Position numbers and translations under genes: made by a program
The notes under the pieces: generated by a model
Seen by the model: the letters and a program-made list of their open reading frames with translations, nothing else
Databases searched by the model: none
Told to the model about the DNA's origin: nothing
Assembly (NCBI RefSeq): GCF_006345805.1
Contig: NC_043018.1
Span: 17,546,001-17,610,000 of the forward strand
DNA length: 64,000 nt
From: Octopus sinensis
Taxonomy: Eukaryota
Reading direction: 5' to 3'
Shown here: piece after piece, positions 42,868 to 55,433 of the stretch
How the letters are laid out: every line of letters starts with the position of its first letter
Position numbering within the stretch: position 1 is the first letter of the stretch

Positions 42868-43152
42868 TGATATATAAAAAAGGAATGAAGAAAATGCTGA
42901 CAAAATAATTTAAGTAAGAGAGAGTGTATTTATTAGGTGAAAGTTCTTTTTACCGGTTGCGCATTTGTTATGCTTATCAAAAGATATTTTTTTAAGAGAG
43001 ATAGAGTTCCTTTCTGATAGATTTTTTTTCTCTTATCTTTTGATAAGCATAACAAATGCGCAACCGGTAAAAAGAACTTTCACCTAATTAAATACACTCT
43101 CTCTTACTTAAATTATTTTGTCAGCATTTTCTTCATTTCCTTTTTATATATA
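42868..43152. repeat. near-perfect fold-back, about 117-bp arms, about 48-bp spacer
   Basis: 42868-42985 is the reverse complement of 43034-43152 apart from a few mismatches/indels. Confidence 0.9.
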
Positions 43153-45049
43153 TATATATATATATTTCGTGAGAACCAAGTTCTAACTGTATTTCGACCA
43201 ATCAGTAAGTGGCTATGGTTCGATGGGTACGTCAAGGGTTCTTTACTTTGAATGTTTGTTTGGCTATGTTTTGCAATGTTGTAAATGTTTACATATCAAT
43301 CGAGTAAATGGTCATTTGGTCAGCATTACTATCATATTCCCATCGTTTTCATTATTTTTTGTTTTTATTGTTAGTGGTGGTGGTTGTGGTGGCAGTAATA
43401 AGAGCCGTAGTATTTATTATTATTTTGTCCATCATCATTACAATTATCATTCAGTATAACTGTCCATTTAAAACGGGTTTCAATTTATCAGTATATTTTT
43501 ATCAATGTATATGCTTTCCAGAATAATTTCAAAATGGCTTTTAAATGAGAATAATTGGGTCTCCTAGGTGAGGGTAAGTTTCATGAATAATTTGATAAAG
43601 CAAATACTAATAAATAGTAGAAATGTCTACTGACGTGAGTTGTTTGGCAGTCTATAGGATTTAATGGTTAGTAAAGTCAGGCAGTGACTTTACTTAGTAT
43701 TGAGAGTAAATAGATTTCCTTCCTCATTCTACATGGTGTGGGTAACTAGTTTTTATCTTTTAAGATTTAATATCATTCGGTGTGATCATCATAGTTCTAT
43801 AGAATATTTGTAGTTGAATACCGTGTGAGCACTAAGAAAAATTTAGTGATTATGTAAATTGCAGCGGTGAATATTTGAATAGCAGTAAGGAAAAAAATTA
43901 GCGATTATTCAAAATTGTGGTGGTTGGACTAACTTGGCTTGTCATGACCTCAAATGAACTTCGACAAGAAATAAATTACAGTTTATTAATATGGCATATA
44001 TTAGCGACAGCAATAATGCTGATGATATAGACAAGATTTATTGCTGAACAATGCGGTAGATACTAGAAAATTATGGAAGAGATAATATAGATAAGTATCC
44101 TTCTTGTTCGGAAATTCAGTCTTTTGTATTATATGTGGTTTCTCACAAAGACTGAATTTGTAATAATGATCCAAAGGTGAATAGGTGAAATTTTCGTAAG
44201 GATTCTCCAAGCTTTGATACAGAAGACGTTTCTTTAATAGCGGAGTCTGCAGATAGAGTTGGACAGGAAGCTGGAAATTCCGTTGTCAATATATCTACGC
44301 TTGCTTAATTTTTTTTTAGAAATTCCCTTGAAATATTTGACTCATGCGCCACACATAGCTATGCATGACACAAAACAGATGTATCAGCATACAGACCAGA
44401 CCCATTTAAACAGCTTCCATTTAAGCATCCACTAACTTTCATTATTAAATTCTTAAATCCTAAATGCCACCTCCAACATAACACTACGACATTATCTCCT
44501 GTTATACTGTAAAATATAAAGAATAATATTTGCTGCAACTGTTTTATGAAAACTCTTTCCCCAAATAACCCTGTCTCTGAACAATCAAAACCCATCATAA
44601 CATTCTCTCTTCTATGCCACATTTGCATTATGTATCATACAATGAAAGAAAGGAAATGAAGAATTATGGATATATAGTCAATTTATTTCCATAATATTAT
44701 GAGGCTGAAAGGTTTTTTATTTAAAAAATTCAAATATATTATAAATTATAAAACTAAAGAAAGAAATGGCAGACACCAAAGGCTTACATATATGTTTCAA
44801 TTCATACCCTAGTTGATTCGTAATTCTATGCATTTGCGTTGGGTCAAATGTCAAGAACTGGTCATCATTTTCACCTATGTGAAAATTTTGCCCACAATTA
44901 TGCGTCCCGACCCCGTTTCCGAGGTTATTTTAGTAGTGAAAAAGGTTTGTGGCAAAACATTTTATTTGGTAACATTTATGTTTGGTCATCCCATCATAAC
45001 TGTCTCCCCTCTATTCTATGCTACATTTATATTATGCATATATATATAT

Positions 45050-45098
<49 letters not shown>

Positions 45099-45639
45099 GA
45101 CCTGAAATCCTCGAATTGACTATATATATATATATAAATGAGTAACAGAGAGATCCAGGAGCTGTATCCTTATTGTATATATAATAATGTGTGTGTGTGT
45201 GTGCTTGCGTGCGTATAGGTGCGTGTGTATGTGTGTGTATGGGAATGCGCGTGATTTAGTGTTTAGCGCATTCGGCTCAGGCTCGTAATGTCGTGAGTTC
45301 AATTCCCGACGACGCGTTGTGTTTTTGAGCAAGACATCTTATTTCACGTTGCTCCAGTCTATTTATTTATATATATGTACATAAAGCATGTCTCCATGTG
45401 TGTATGTGCATGTGTGTTATAGATATCCATTAAATAAAGAATTAAACTTCAGTTCGAAGAATGACGTAAGATGCATTAATGCAACGCAAAGTTTATTGAC
45501 CTCCAACGTAAGCTGTTGTTTCAAAGTTTATTGCATTGTATTCGGAGGTCCGATATTATTATTTAAAGAATATTGGCAATACGTATGCAGGTGCTAATTA
45601 AAAATAGAAAAGAAGCAATAAATGAAAACTCTACAAGAG

Positions 45640-46480
45640 AGAAATGTTGGAATAAAATCAATAGAACCATCAGCAGTAAAACAAAAAAAATGTTATTCAA
45701 ACTTATATTTGAATTAATGATGTATTTTAGTTAGACAGAAAGAAAATGAGCTGAAAATTATTCAGGAATAAATTCTATCTCGAGTATGATGTAAAGAAAC
45801 CGCTTTAGCCCTGAAAGAAAATACCTTTAAATTATTTAAGCTGAAGTAATTTTTCAAAGTAACCCAAAATACTTGGGATTTAGGAACAAATATGTGTAGA
45901 AATAACCTTCACAATACTCCCGTTTGAGATAGAATTTTATACCAGCATATACTTTTTCGTGTTTATTTATTAAAGAATGGATGCCTTTAACATAAATACA
46001 TGCCAAGACATGAACATCATAAAATGAATATTCTTTAAATTTTGTGTTATTCACAGAATTCTTTTGTAAGTTCATTGCTTCAGTAACAAGATGAAAAAAA
46101 TTACCATATATAATTTACAGGTCTGATGTATATTCTTGTAAACTGGAATATATAAAATATAGAATGGTTAAATTGTGTAGCAGAGATAGAATAACAAGCT
46201 TTCTAAAGGCACATGTCAAACGATATATAGTCTCCTGGCGTAGATATAACTATGATTATGGAAAGTCAAAACGAAAGTCTTTTCAAAGTTTCGAAAACTG
46301 TTTCTAGTGGTTTCCCTTTAGATTTAAGATGTAGAACTAAAACATTCTCAATTGGAATCTTAATCGACACATATCAAAACTGATACAAAAGCAACTGTCT
46401 TCAAAATCTTCCAGTGTTTGTCAATGGCCGTACAGAATAGATTTCTATTTAGAATATGACGAGTGATGCTACACTTTAAC
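45640..46480 (-). pseudogene. decayed Penelope-like reverse transcriptase fragment
   Basis: in expected order: YKNIHQT (YTNIPH-like), GIKFYLK, LGYFEKL, KRFL (KRFLDD-like). Confidence 0.5.
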
Positions 46481-46544
46481 GAATATAATAATTTAAATCG
46501 AAATTGGATTTAACTTAAAACCTAGAAGTAGTAAGATTAGATAA

Positions 46545-46900
46545 GTGAAACTCTGAAAAGTTTCTGTAAATGAAATGGAGAGGCTTTCAAAATACAAAGA
46601 CCTGGAAATAGAGGTAAATCGAATGGGGAACCTAACAAGAGAAATATTTCCTATCATAGTAGGCGCATTAGGCATGATAAAAACATATTCAGACAAATGC
46701 ATAACAAATCACCAGGACTTACAAATATATGTAACATACAGAAAATTGCACTACTGGGCACTGCACACATCCTACGCAAAACACTTTCATTACAGTAATC
46801 ATAAGAGCATCACAGCAAACCCCTCACATACCCAAGGGACACCGAGCTGCGCGCTGTAGGGAAGGTAAAGCACGTTATAAAAAATAATAATAATAATAGA
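46545..46900 (+). mobile_element. 5'-truncated R4/Dong-clade LINE 3' end with short (AAT)n tail
   Basis: MERLSKYKDLEIEVNRMGNLTREIFPIIVGALGMIK. Confidence 0.85.
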
Positions 46901-46901
46901 A

Positions 46902-47544
46902 ACAATAAATCATATTATCTCTAGCTGCCCAGTCCTGGCTAAGAAGGAATATATTCACAGACATGACCGAGTTGGAACCTAGATACATTGGAAGCTATGC
47001 TAACATTATGGAATAACAACAGAAAAAAGATGGTATAGGCACACACCAGAAAAGGTCACAGAAAACGAGAAAGCAACCATACTCTGGGATATGCCGATAC
47101 ACACAGATAGAGAAATTAAGGCCAACAGACCAGATATAGTTGTCAGAGATCATGAAGAAAAAAAATGCTTTCTAATTGATGTATCAATACCGGCAGATGA
47201 CAACGTGTCTCTAAAAGAAATGGAGAAATTCTCAAAATACAAAAACCTGGAAATAGGGGTAACCAGAATGTGGAATCTAAAAACAGAAACAATTCCTATC
47301 ATAGTAGATGCATTAGACATGATAAAATAATATTCAAACAAATACATAACAAAAACACGAGGACTTACAAACACATATAACATACAGAAAATTGCACTAC
47401 TAGGCACTGCACACATCCTACGCAGAACACCTTCCATACAATAACCAACAGAGCATCACAACAAATCACAGCACATACCCAAGGCACACAGAGCTGCGCT
47501 CGGTAGTGAAGTGAAAGCACGCTATAGAAATAAAAATAAAACTA

Positions 47545-47600
<56 letters not shown>

Positions 47601-47601
47601 G
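46902..47601 (+). mobile_element. 5'-truncated R4/Dong-clade LINE: CCHC knuckle plus restriction-like endonuclease, (AAT)n tail
   Basis: HIISSCPVLAKKEYIHRHD...ILWDMPIHTDREIKANRPDIVVRD...CFLIDVSIP...EMEKFSKY; in-frame stops. Confidence 0.9.
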
Positions 47602-47639
47602 TAATTGAATATTGTACTGATGAGTGCATTAGGTATTAA

Positions 47640-47845
47640 GGCGGTATGATTCTCCCTAGACACAACAATACATATTTTCTCCCTGTGTTAATTTCTGTGT
47701 TCATTTCTGCTGAAGACCGTAGGTTCGAAACGTAAAATAGTTTCTCATTTCCCGAGCGTTAAACAAATACATCTGTTTGTTGTTTACACACCCCTCTTCG
47801 TCTTTTGATTTGTTTGTTTTGTTGTAAATTCCAACAATATATATA
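47640..47845 (+). mobile_element. PLE pseudo-LTR-like fragment with degenerate extra-A HHR (47703-47738)
   Basis: AUUU CUGCUGA A GACC GUAG GUUC GAAA CG UA AAAU; runs into (TA)n. Confidence 0.6.
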
Positions 47846-48657
47846 TATGTATATTATATATGTTTGTATGTATATACAGGCACGAACACACACAGAGACA
47901 ACACATGTGTGTACATACTATATTATTGAACGGAATTTTATGGACTTTTCATTAATAGAGTTTATTATTTAAGCTAAAAATCTGTTATAATTTAAGAATA
48001 TCATTGGCGTCTGAAATGAATTAAATATTTAGAAAATAAGATTTTATTGCTGCTATTTCACATTCGATGAGAATAGTCCTTTAGTTTATTATTTGCAGAA
48101 GGACAACTATCCTGAAACACGTGTCCCTAGATGCAGTTTCGGCAGCCGGGGGTGTTTGTCTCCCCTTCGTATATGTATATAAGGACACAGGGGAAAATGT
48201 GTCAAAGCCATCAGGAGGCGTTCGACGCTTCCTAGGGCTATACAGCGGTGGTGTACCCCCTACTGTCACGTTCTTGTTAGATTGACAGTATACAACCATT
48301 CTATCGCCCCACCACCGTACATGTCTCTACGAGAGATTTAGAACTTTATTATTTCTTAAAATATAACTGTTATATTTCAAAGTTATTTAACTTTTACAAT
48401 ACATAAATAAATTAAAAATAAAACAATAACGAAATAAAAATTGCAAATATATTTAGGCAAAAAGTATTTTTCTGCCTCAACATTACAGCAGATGGTTTAG
48501 TGACAAAATATGCACCAAAAAAGTTAATAAGTAAAAACATGCACATTAATTTTTCTTTACTCTTTACTGGTTTGACGCGCGATTTATCTCACTGAATTTG
48601 TTTACACACAGATGCACACGCACACATATGCATATTTATAGTGAGTTAATATATTTA

Positions 48658-48692
<35 letters not shown>

Positions 48693-48721
48693 GTATATAT
48701 ATATAGTATATGTGTGTTGTG

Positions 48722-48758
<37 letters not shown>

Positions 48759-49169
48759 CACATACATATGGATGTGTATATATACATATATATATTCAAT
48801 GAAAAGAGGACATAGAAATATATTTAACACATCTTAATTGTAAGTTGCATATGTTTCCGTAACATCTCCATTTTCAATGCCAGTATACGCGAATTCTGAA
48901 AGAAGAATTACGCAACATTTGCGGTTTTGGGCATTGGAGAGGCACTTACTCAGACTCGCATCAAAGGCGTGCTATTACATTCTAAGACTGTCAGAACTTG
49001 TTGTTAAGAAAATACCGGGAGGAAATAAAAATGAAAGAAATTTATATGCGTGTATGCGGGTTATGTCTGAGGAGAAGATGTTATGTGGAGGGGGGGAAAA
49101 AGAGGTTGGATCCGTATAATGGTAGGAGGGAAGAAGGGAAGGCGGGATAGGATAACAAATAGAAGAAGG

Positions 49170-49212
49170 CGAAAGAGAAGCGGGAGAGGAGGAAGAAGAA
49201 GAAGAAGGAGAA

Positions 49213-49243
<31 letters not shown>

Positions 49244-49247
49244 AAGG

Positions 49248-49280
<33 letters not shown>

Positions 49281-49375
49281 AAGAAGAAAAGAAGAAGAAG
49301 AAGAAGAAAAAAGAAAAAGAAGAAGAAGAAGAAGAAGAAGAAGAAGAAGAGAAAGAAGAAGAAGAAAAATAAGTG
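49170..49375. repeat. (AAG)n/(GAA)n purine tract
   Basis: direct reading. Confidence 0.95.
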
Positions 49376-49555
49376 GGAAGGGGGAGTTAATACTGTGGGC
49401 AGTCTTGATAGCAAAACGGTTTCTCCAATCGTATTCTAGCGGTGTGTCAGCCACTAGAGGCAGAACCATTGTTAACAAAATTTCATTCACCGAAGACGAT
49501 GTATTTGACCACACAGCGACATATGTATGTATGAAATTATAAATAAATAACAGTA

Positions 49556-49960
49556 GTGGAGGCGCAATGGCCCAGTGGTTAGGGCAGCAGACTCGCGGTC
49601 GTAGGATCGTGGTTTCGATTCCCAGACCGGGCGTTGTGAGTGTTTATTGAGCGAAAACACCTAAAGCTCCACGAGGCTCCGGCAGGGGATGGTGGTGATC
49701 CCTGCTGTACTCTTTCACCACAACCTTCTCTCACTCTTACTTCCTGTTTCTGTTGCACCTGTATTTCAAAGGGCCGGCCTTGTCACTCTCTGTGTCAAAG
49801 GGCCGGCCTTGTCACTCTCGCTGAATATCCCCGAGAACTACGTTAAGGGTACACGTGTCTGTGGAGTGCTCAGCCACTTACACGTTAATTTCACGAGCAG
49901 GCTGTTCCGTTGGTCGGATCAACCGGAACCCTCATCGTCGTAACCGACGGAGTGCTTCCA
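49556..49960 (+). mobile_element. SINE family C with TSD and an internal 25-bp duplication
   Basis: TSD aaataaataacagta at 49541-49555 and 49964-49978; tcaaagggccggccttgtcactctc occurs twice. Confidence 0.92.
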
Positions 49961-50194
49961 TCCAAATAAATAACAGTAGTAATATACTATGATAAAAAAA
50001 GTATTTTACCGGAGGATATTCTTATTCCACGACAATTGTTTCACAGTTTAATAAACATATGTAAATGATTTACTTTATTATATTTTGTAATAAGTAATTA
50101 ATTAATTTCATGCCTGTATTAACATATACACAATTTTTGTTTTAATTAGTGCAAATCATTAAGCTAGCTCATCAGCCTAAAAGAAATACATATA

Positions 50195-50607
50195 TAGGCG
50201 CAGGAGTGGCTGTGTGGTAAGTAGCTTGCTAACCAACCACATGGTTCCAGGTCCAGTCCCACTGCGTGGCATCTTGGGCTAGTGTCTTCTGCTATAAACC
50301 CGGGCCGACCAATGCCTTGTGAGTGGATTTGGTAGACGGAAACTGAAAGAAGCCTGTCGTATATATGTATATATATATGTATGTGTGTGTGTTTGTGTGT
50401 CTGTGTTTGTTCCCCTAGCATTGCTTGACAACCGATGCTGGTGTGTTTACGTCCCCGTCACTTAGCGGTTCGGCAAAAAGAGGCCGATAGAATAAGTACT
50501 GGGCTTACAAAAAGAATAAGTCCCGCGGTCGATTTGCTCGACTAAAGGCGGTGCTCCAGCATGGCCGCAGTCAAATGACTGAAACAAGTAAAAGAGTAAA
50601 AAAGAGT
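50195..50607 (+). mobile_element. SINE family A
   Basis: full head-to-tail match to 20906-21392. Confidence 0.9.
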
Positions 50608-50621
50608 ATATGCATTTAATG

Positions 50622-51490
50622 TACGAGGTTGTATCAAAAATTTGCCGGACTACTTCTGTAGCCCGCCAACAAATGGCAGCATACGATTGCGTGCGCAAAT
50701 GGGGCAGTGTGCCGAGTGACATTACTTTGTGTAATCTGCAAGCTGTTAGATTCGTGTATTTGTAGTCATGACTATGCTGTAGCCTGCGATTTTGTTTATG
50801 GACAGGAAGCTGGACCAAAGGAGCCAACGTCAAAATTTGCGTTAAACTTAGGAACTCCGCTACAGAGACATTAAGCAAGCTTAAGGTGACAAGGACATGG
50901 TTTGTATGGAATATTTGGAATGGATGCTTCGAAAACGGAGGAACGTTTTTGGAATGCGATGAACAATCTAGAAAACCCTCAATGAGCGTCAAACCCGTAA
51001 ACGTCGAGAAGATTCGTTAAGTTCTGTATGAAGCTAGTCGGAGAACAATCCAGGAGGTTTAAAAGCGCTTGAAGGGGGTGGGACATTCGGCCAAAACGAC
51101 CGAATCTATGGCCTCTTCACGACGACAATCCACCCTGTTACAGCGCTTCCGCAACTCGTGAGATTATCGCCAAAAACAAAATGGTATCGCTCTATAAGGC
51201 GGCGAGCTGGCAGAAACATTAGCACGCCGGGCGAAATGCGTAGCCGTATTTCGTCTGCCGTTAGGTTCTGAGTTCAAATTCCGCCAAGGCCGGCTTGGCC
51301 TTTCATCCTTTCGGGGTCGATAAATTAAGTACCAGTTACGCACTGGGGTCGATGTAATCGACTTAATTCCTTTGTCCTTGTTTGTCCTCTCTGTGTTTAG
51401 CCCCTTGCGGGTAGTAACGAAATGGGTATCGCTTTCACGCACGCGGATTTGGCTCCTGCGGACATCAATATTTTCCCCAATATGAATACT
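50622..51490 (+). mobile_element. decayed mariner interrupted by a SINE
   Basis: TA-cgaggttgtatcaaaaa TIR-like start; MDRKLDQR...VKICVKLRNSATETL; ADLAPADINIFP (PDLAP motif) after the SINE. Confidence 0.8.
51192..51420 (+). mobile_element. SINE family B inserted in the mariner
   Basis: TSD aaatg(g)gtatcgct at about 51179-51191 and 51419-51432. Confidence 0.9.
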
Positions 51491-51534
51491 AGTTCCACCT
51501 ACATACGTGTGTGTGCCTTGATTGCGAACGTACA

Positions 51535-51572
<38 letters not shown>

Positions 51573-51639
51573 GCGTAGGCGCGCGTGTGTGTGCATGTGT
51601 ACATACACGAAGGGTCCTAAAATATTCTTGATATCTTTA

Positions 51640-51878
51640 TTTTCTTCCTTTTATTCTTTTTCTTTTACTTGTTTCAGTCATTTGACTGCGGCCATGCTGG
51701 AGCACCACCTTTAATTGAGCAACTCGACCCCGGGACTTATTCTTTTGTGAGCCCAGTACTTATTCTATCGATCTCTTTTGCCGAACCGCTAAGTAACGGG
51801 GACATAAACACACCAGCATAGGTTGTCAAGCAATGCTAGGGGGACAAACACAGACACACAAACACACACACACGCATA

Positions 51879-51920
<42 letters not shown>

Positions 51921-52086
51921 TACGACGGGCTTCTTTCAGTTTCCATCTACCAAATCCACTTACAAAGCTTTGGTCGGCCCGAGGCTATAGTAGAAGGCAG
52001 TTGCCCAAGGTGCCACGCATTGGGACTGAACCCGGAACCATGTGGTTGGTAAACAAGCTATTTACCACACAACCACTCCTGCGCCT
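51640..52086 (-). mobile_element. SINE family A
   Basis: reverse complement match to family A. Confidence 0.9.
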
Positions 52087-52974
52087 ATCGTGTAAAGAAA
52101 ATACAGAAGGATCAGTAGATTATAATTTTTTCCACATGCTCCCCTCTCACATTCACCCATTTATTGCAGCAATCCTTCAGTTTTTCTAAGACCTGTAAAA
52201 TAACTCGGAAGATTGCTCTTCTAACCCAGGCTTTCGTGATAGTCTTAAGCCCAGGAATCTTCCAGCATATCATTTGTTGATGCATAAGTTCTTCCGTAAC
52301 CTTGAAGAACCAAGTTATGTTCACATAATGGGGAATGATTTTAATCGGATACCTACATATATTCGCAAAGATATTACTTACAAATTTATTTTAACATAAA
52401 TATCTTCAAGCAACACTCTCTTTTTCACCCATATTTTAACACATGTAAATACGTTACTGAATGATCACATGTATATATATATATATTAGTGTAGATGCCC
52501 CTGTACATGCACACATACATACATGCTCACATACACACACACAGAGGCACACATACTTATATACCTATATATACGCGAATGTGCGCATTGCATGATGTCG
52601 AAACGCTTTCTTGCCGTTTGTATCCCCACAGTAATATTTGCACTTATTTCACTTTCGTTTTTCTTCTCATCAACAGCAATTCATAATTATTTCCCTTATA
52701 TTCAAACCACTTACTTTCAATTTTCAATTTCATCTGAAATTCATATCCGTGCCTTAAACGCTACCTTTTTACCATTTCACAAGTTTATTTCCTATTCATA
52801 TTTCTCTACTTAAGATTTATATATTCCTATCTATATGACAACTTCCCTACTGAATTCCGTAACGGATTTCTATTTCTTTCCAAAATTACTCCAATTCATT
52901 CATGAATTTTCCTGATATTATACCTGTCACAATATCGTTAAAGAATATATTTCTTCTCTCAGAACAGATTATGG

Positions 52975-53170
52975 CAATTATTTGTGTCCCTGAGCAAGAC
53001 ATTTTATTTCACATTGCCCCAGGCTACTCAGCTGGCAAAAACGTTTCCTACCTGTATTGCAAAGATTAGCCTTGTCATATTCTGTGTCACGCTGAATCTT
53101 CCTTACAACTACGCTAAGGGTACACGTGTGTGTGGAGTGCTCAGCCACTTGCAGATAAATTTTAAGATCA
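52975..53170 (+). mobile_element. SINE fragment: family D-like core joined to family C-like 3' region
   Basis: ctgagcaagacattttatttcacattg followed by gtgtcacgctgaat...gtggagtgctcagccac. Confidence 0.65.
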
Positions 53171-53299
53171 GTTTGTTCTTTACATTATTATCCCTCAAAA
53201 ACTGAAGAGCATAATTGGCCCTCATGATAGTTGAACTCGGGGCGCATATAGCTACAAGTAATACTACTAATCATTTTTTGTCCGACGCACTAGCATTTG

Positions 53300-53480
53300 T
53301 TTTTATTAGTACTGGTTCAAATTTTGGCACAAGATTAACAGTTTCGTGGGAGGATTGAGTGGCTTACATGGCCCTGAGTGGTGAGAAGCAAGTGGACGTT
53401 TGACCTTATTAATTGCTGACGAAATGCCGCTAAGAATTTTAACCTGCGTGCTAACGATTCTACCAGGTCGCTTTCTCTTC
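53300..53480 (-). mobile_element. degenerate SINE family B
   Basis: gacgaaatgccgctaag...gtgctaacgattctacc. Confidence 0.5.
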
Positions 53481-54283
53481 GTGTTTATTAATAATAATTT
53501 AATATGTGAAAATTATTTATTATCAAGTAGTGACTGTCCAGATATTGATTACCATACTCAATGATCACTTTCTTTCTTTCGTTAACGTCTACCCGTTTTA
53601 TTCTCGATGTTTCCCAATATATATTATCGATTATCCCTTGCTAATTCTAGCTACCTTTTTATATTCCTGTGTAGAGAAATTAGGAAGTTAATTGGCAATC
53701 CTCTAAGCTTATTCAAAATATTTATTCCTTTCCTTTTCTGCATTCGAATTGAGCATTTCCTTGCCATGAAGATAAACCTTTTCACACAAGAGCGTGCAAA
53801 AAGACGCCATTAATACATATGTATATATGTATGCATATGCATTGTATATGTATATATATATATATAAACAAATCATTCAAAAGAAATATTTTCATGAATT
53901 GAACAGCGACTGCTACCATCCACTGTGGGTCATTTGCTGACCATTCAAAATACTACGGTCAGGGCACTCCCACATTCTTATTCTTATTCTTATTCTCCTT
54001 CTTCTCTTCCTACTCTTCCTCCTTCTTCTTCTTTTTCTGCTTCTTCTTCCCTACCAAGAATTCACAACGACCTCGAACCCACAAGAGTAATCAAGAGAGA
54101 CAGAGACAGGCAGAAACGAGGAAAATGCCCCTGGTATTTGAACACTCTACAAATATTCTTTTAAAAAACTTTTCTTTTAATTTTTCTAAATTTAATTGTT
54201 TGTTAAAGTTGAAAAAGTCTCATTAACTGAAACCGGTACTGAAATGTTTTTTATAAAATTATTTTACCATTTTCTACCTTGAC

Positions 54284-54327
<44 letters not shown>

Positions 54328-54679
54328 AAGGTCGCTTGCGCATCATTTTTACGGCATTCATGGTATTATGATGAAGATTTCAATTATAATTAAATTACTA
54401 ACTTTATTTTATGTAATATATAAATTTGATTATGAGTTATATATATAGGGAAAAAATTTAAATGACAACTTAAGCGACGGGTGAAATATCGCTAAAAATT
54501 TGCCCAGCTCGCTAATTGTTCTGCCAGCTCGTTACCTTATTAATCATAATAACAAAGATAAATAAATATAATAATAATAAAGTGTTAGAATAACTTAAGA
54601 TAATCCATTCGAATATTCGATATCTGTAAAACACATTTTGGGCGATAGAATTTGGCTAAGCGAGCAGGCCAACATAACA

Positions 54680-54858
54680 AAGAGTGAGAGAAAGTTGCTG
54701 CGAAAGAGTTTAGAAGGGATCGCCGCAACCCCCTGACGGAGCGTCGTGGAGCTTTAAGTGTTTTTGCCCAATAAACACTCACAATGCCCTGTCTGGGAAT
54801 TGAAATCGCGATCCTACGACCGCGTGTCCGCTGCCCTTACAACTGGGCCATTGCACCT
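54680..54858 (-). mobile_element. SINE family C 5' half
   Basis: reverse complement matches the family C head. Confidence 0.8.
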
Positions 54859-54889
<31 letters not shown>

Positions 54890-54912
54890 TATATAATATA
54901 TATTATATATAT

Positions 54913-54961
<49 letters not shown>

Positions 54962-55066
54962 TATATATGCTATGTGTGTGTGTGTGGTGTGTGTGGTGGT
55001 GTGTGTATTAATTAATAAAAAAATGGCAACAACAGTATAAGAATTCGATATTATGAAAATAGAGGA

Positions 55067-55115
<49 letters not shown>

Positions 55116-55199
55116 TAGATATAAATATATATATATATATACATGTCAGTGAGTGTGTACTTATGTAGTTTTTATGAACGCAGAAAGTCCTCTATCTAT

Positions 55200-55402
55200 T
55201 GCGAGAATGTGGTTGTGTGTATTTTTTATTTTTTATATTATATATCTTTTATATTCTTCGTGCCTATTAGAGTAAACCCCTTTTATTCAATGGGTTTTCT
55301 TTCATAGCGTCTATCGACAAAAATTGCCGACGAAAATGCCCGGAAGCTTTAAGCTCCAGCATTTGAAATTCCTTTATGACAACTTACTGAATACCTACAC
55401 TG

Positions 55403-55410
<8 letters not shown>
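55200..55410 (+). mobile_element. PLE pseudo-LTR relic with degenerate HHR
   Basis: homologous to 59700-59910; gccgacgaaaatgcccggaagctttaagct. Confidence 0.65.

Positions 55411-55430
<20 letters not shown>

Positions 55431-55433
<3 letters not shown>

Noticed and set aside
47610-47650. Isolated CUGAUGA motifs (also about 33726, 35825, 63412)
   Set aside because: No GAAA or stems at a compatible distance.
48940-48990. Possible micro-exon on the minus strand with a GTAAGT donor
   Set aside because: Only 32-38 nt with stops in the plausible frames and no partner exons.
48975-49514. Arg/Lys-rich and Ser/Leu-rich ORFs
   Set aside because: Produced by the (AAG)n tract; flanks show no recognisable domain.
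49556-49630. tRNA-like sequences (also at 14060-14127, 17260-17328, 20906-20970, 30000-30063)
   Set aside because: SINE heads continuing into SINE bodies with TSDs, not tRNA genes.
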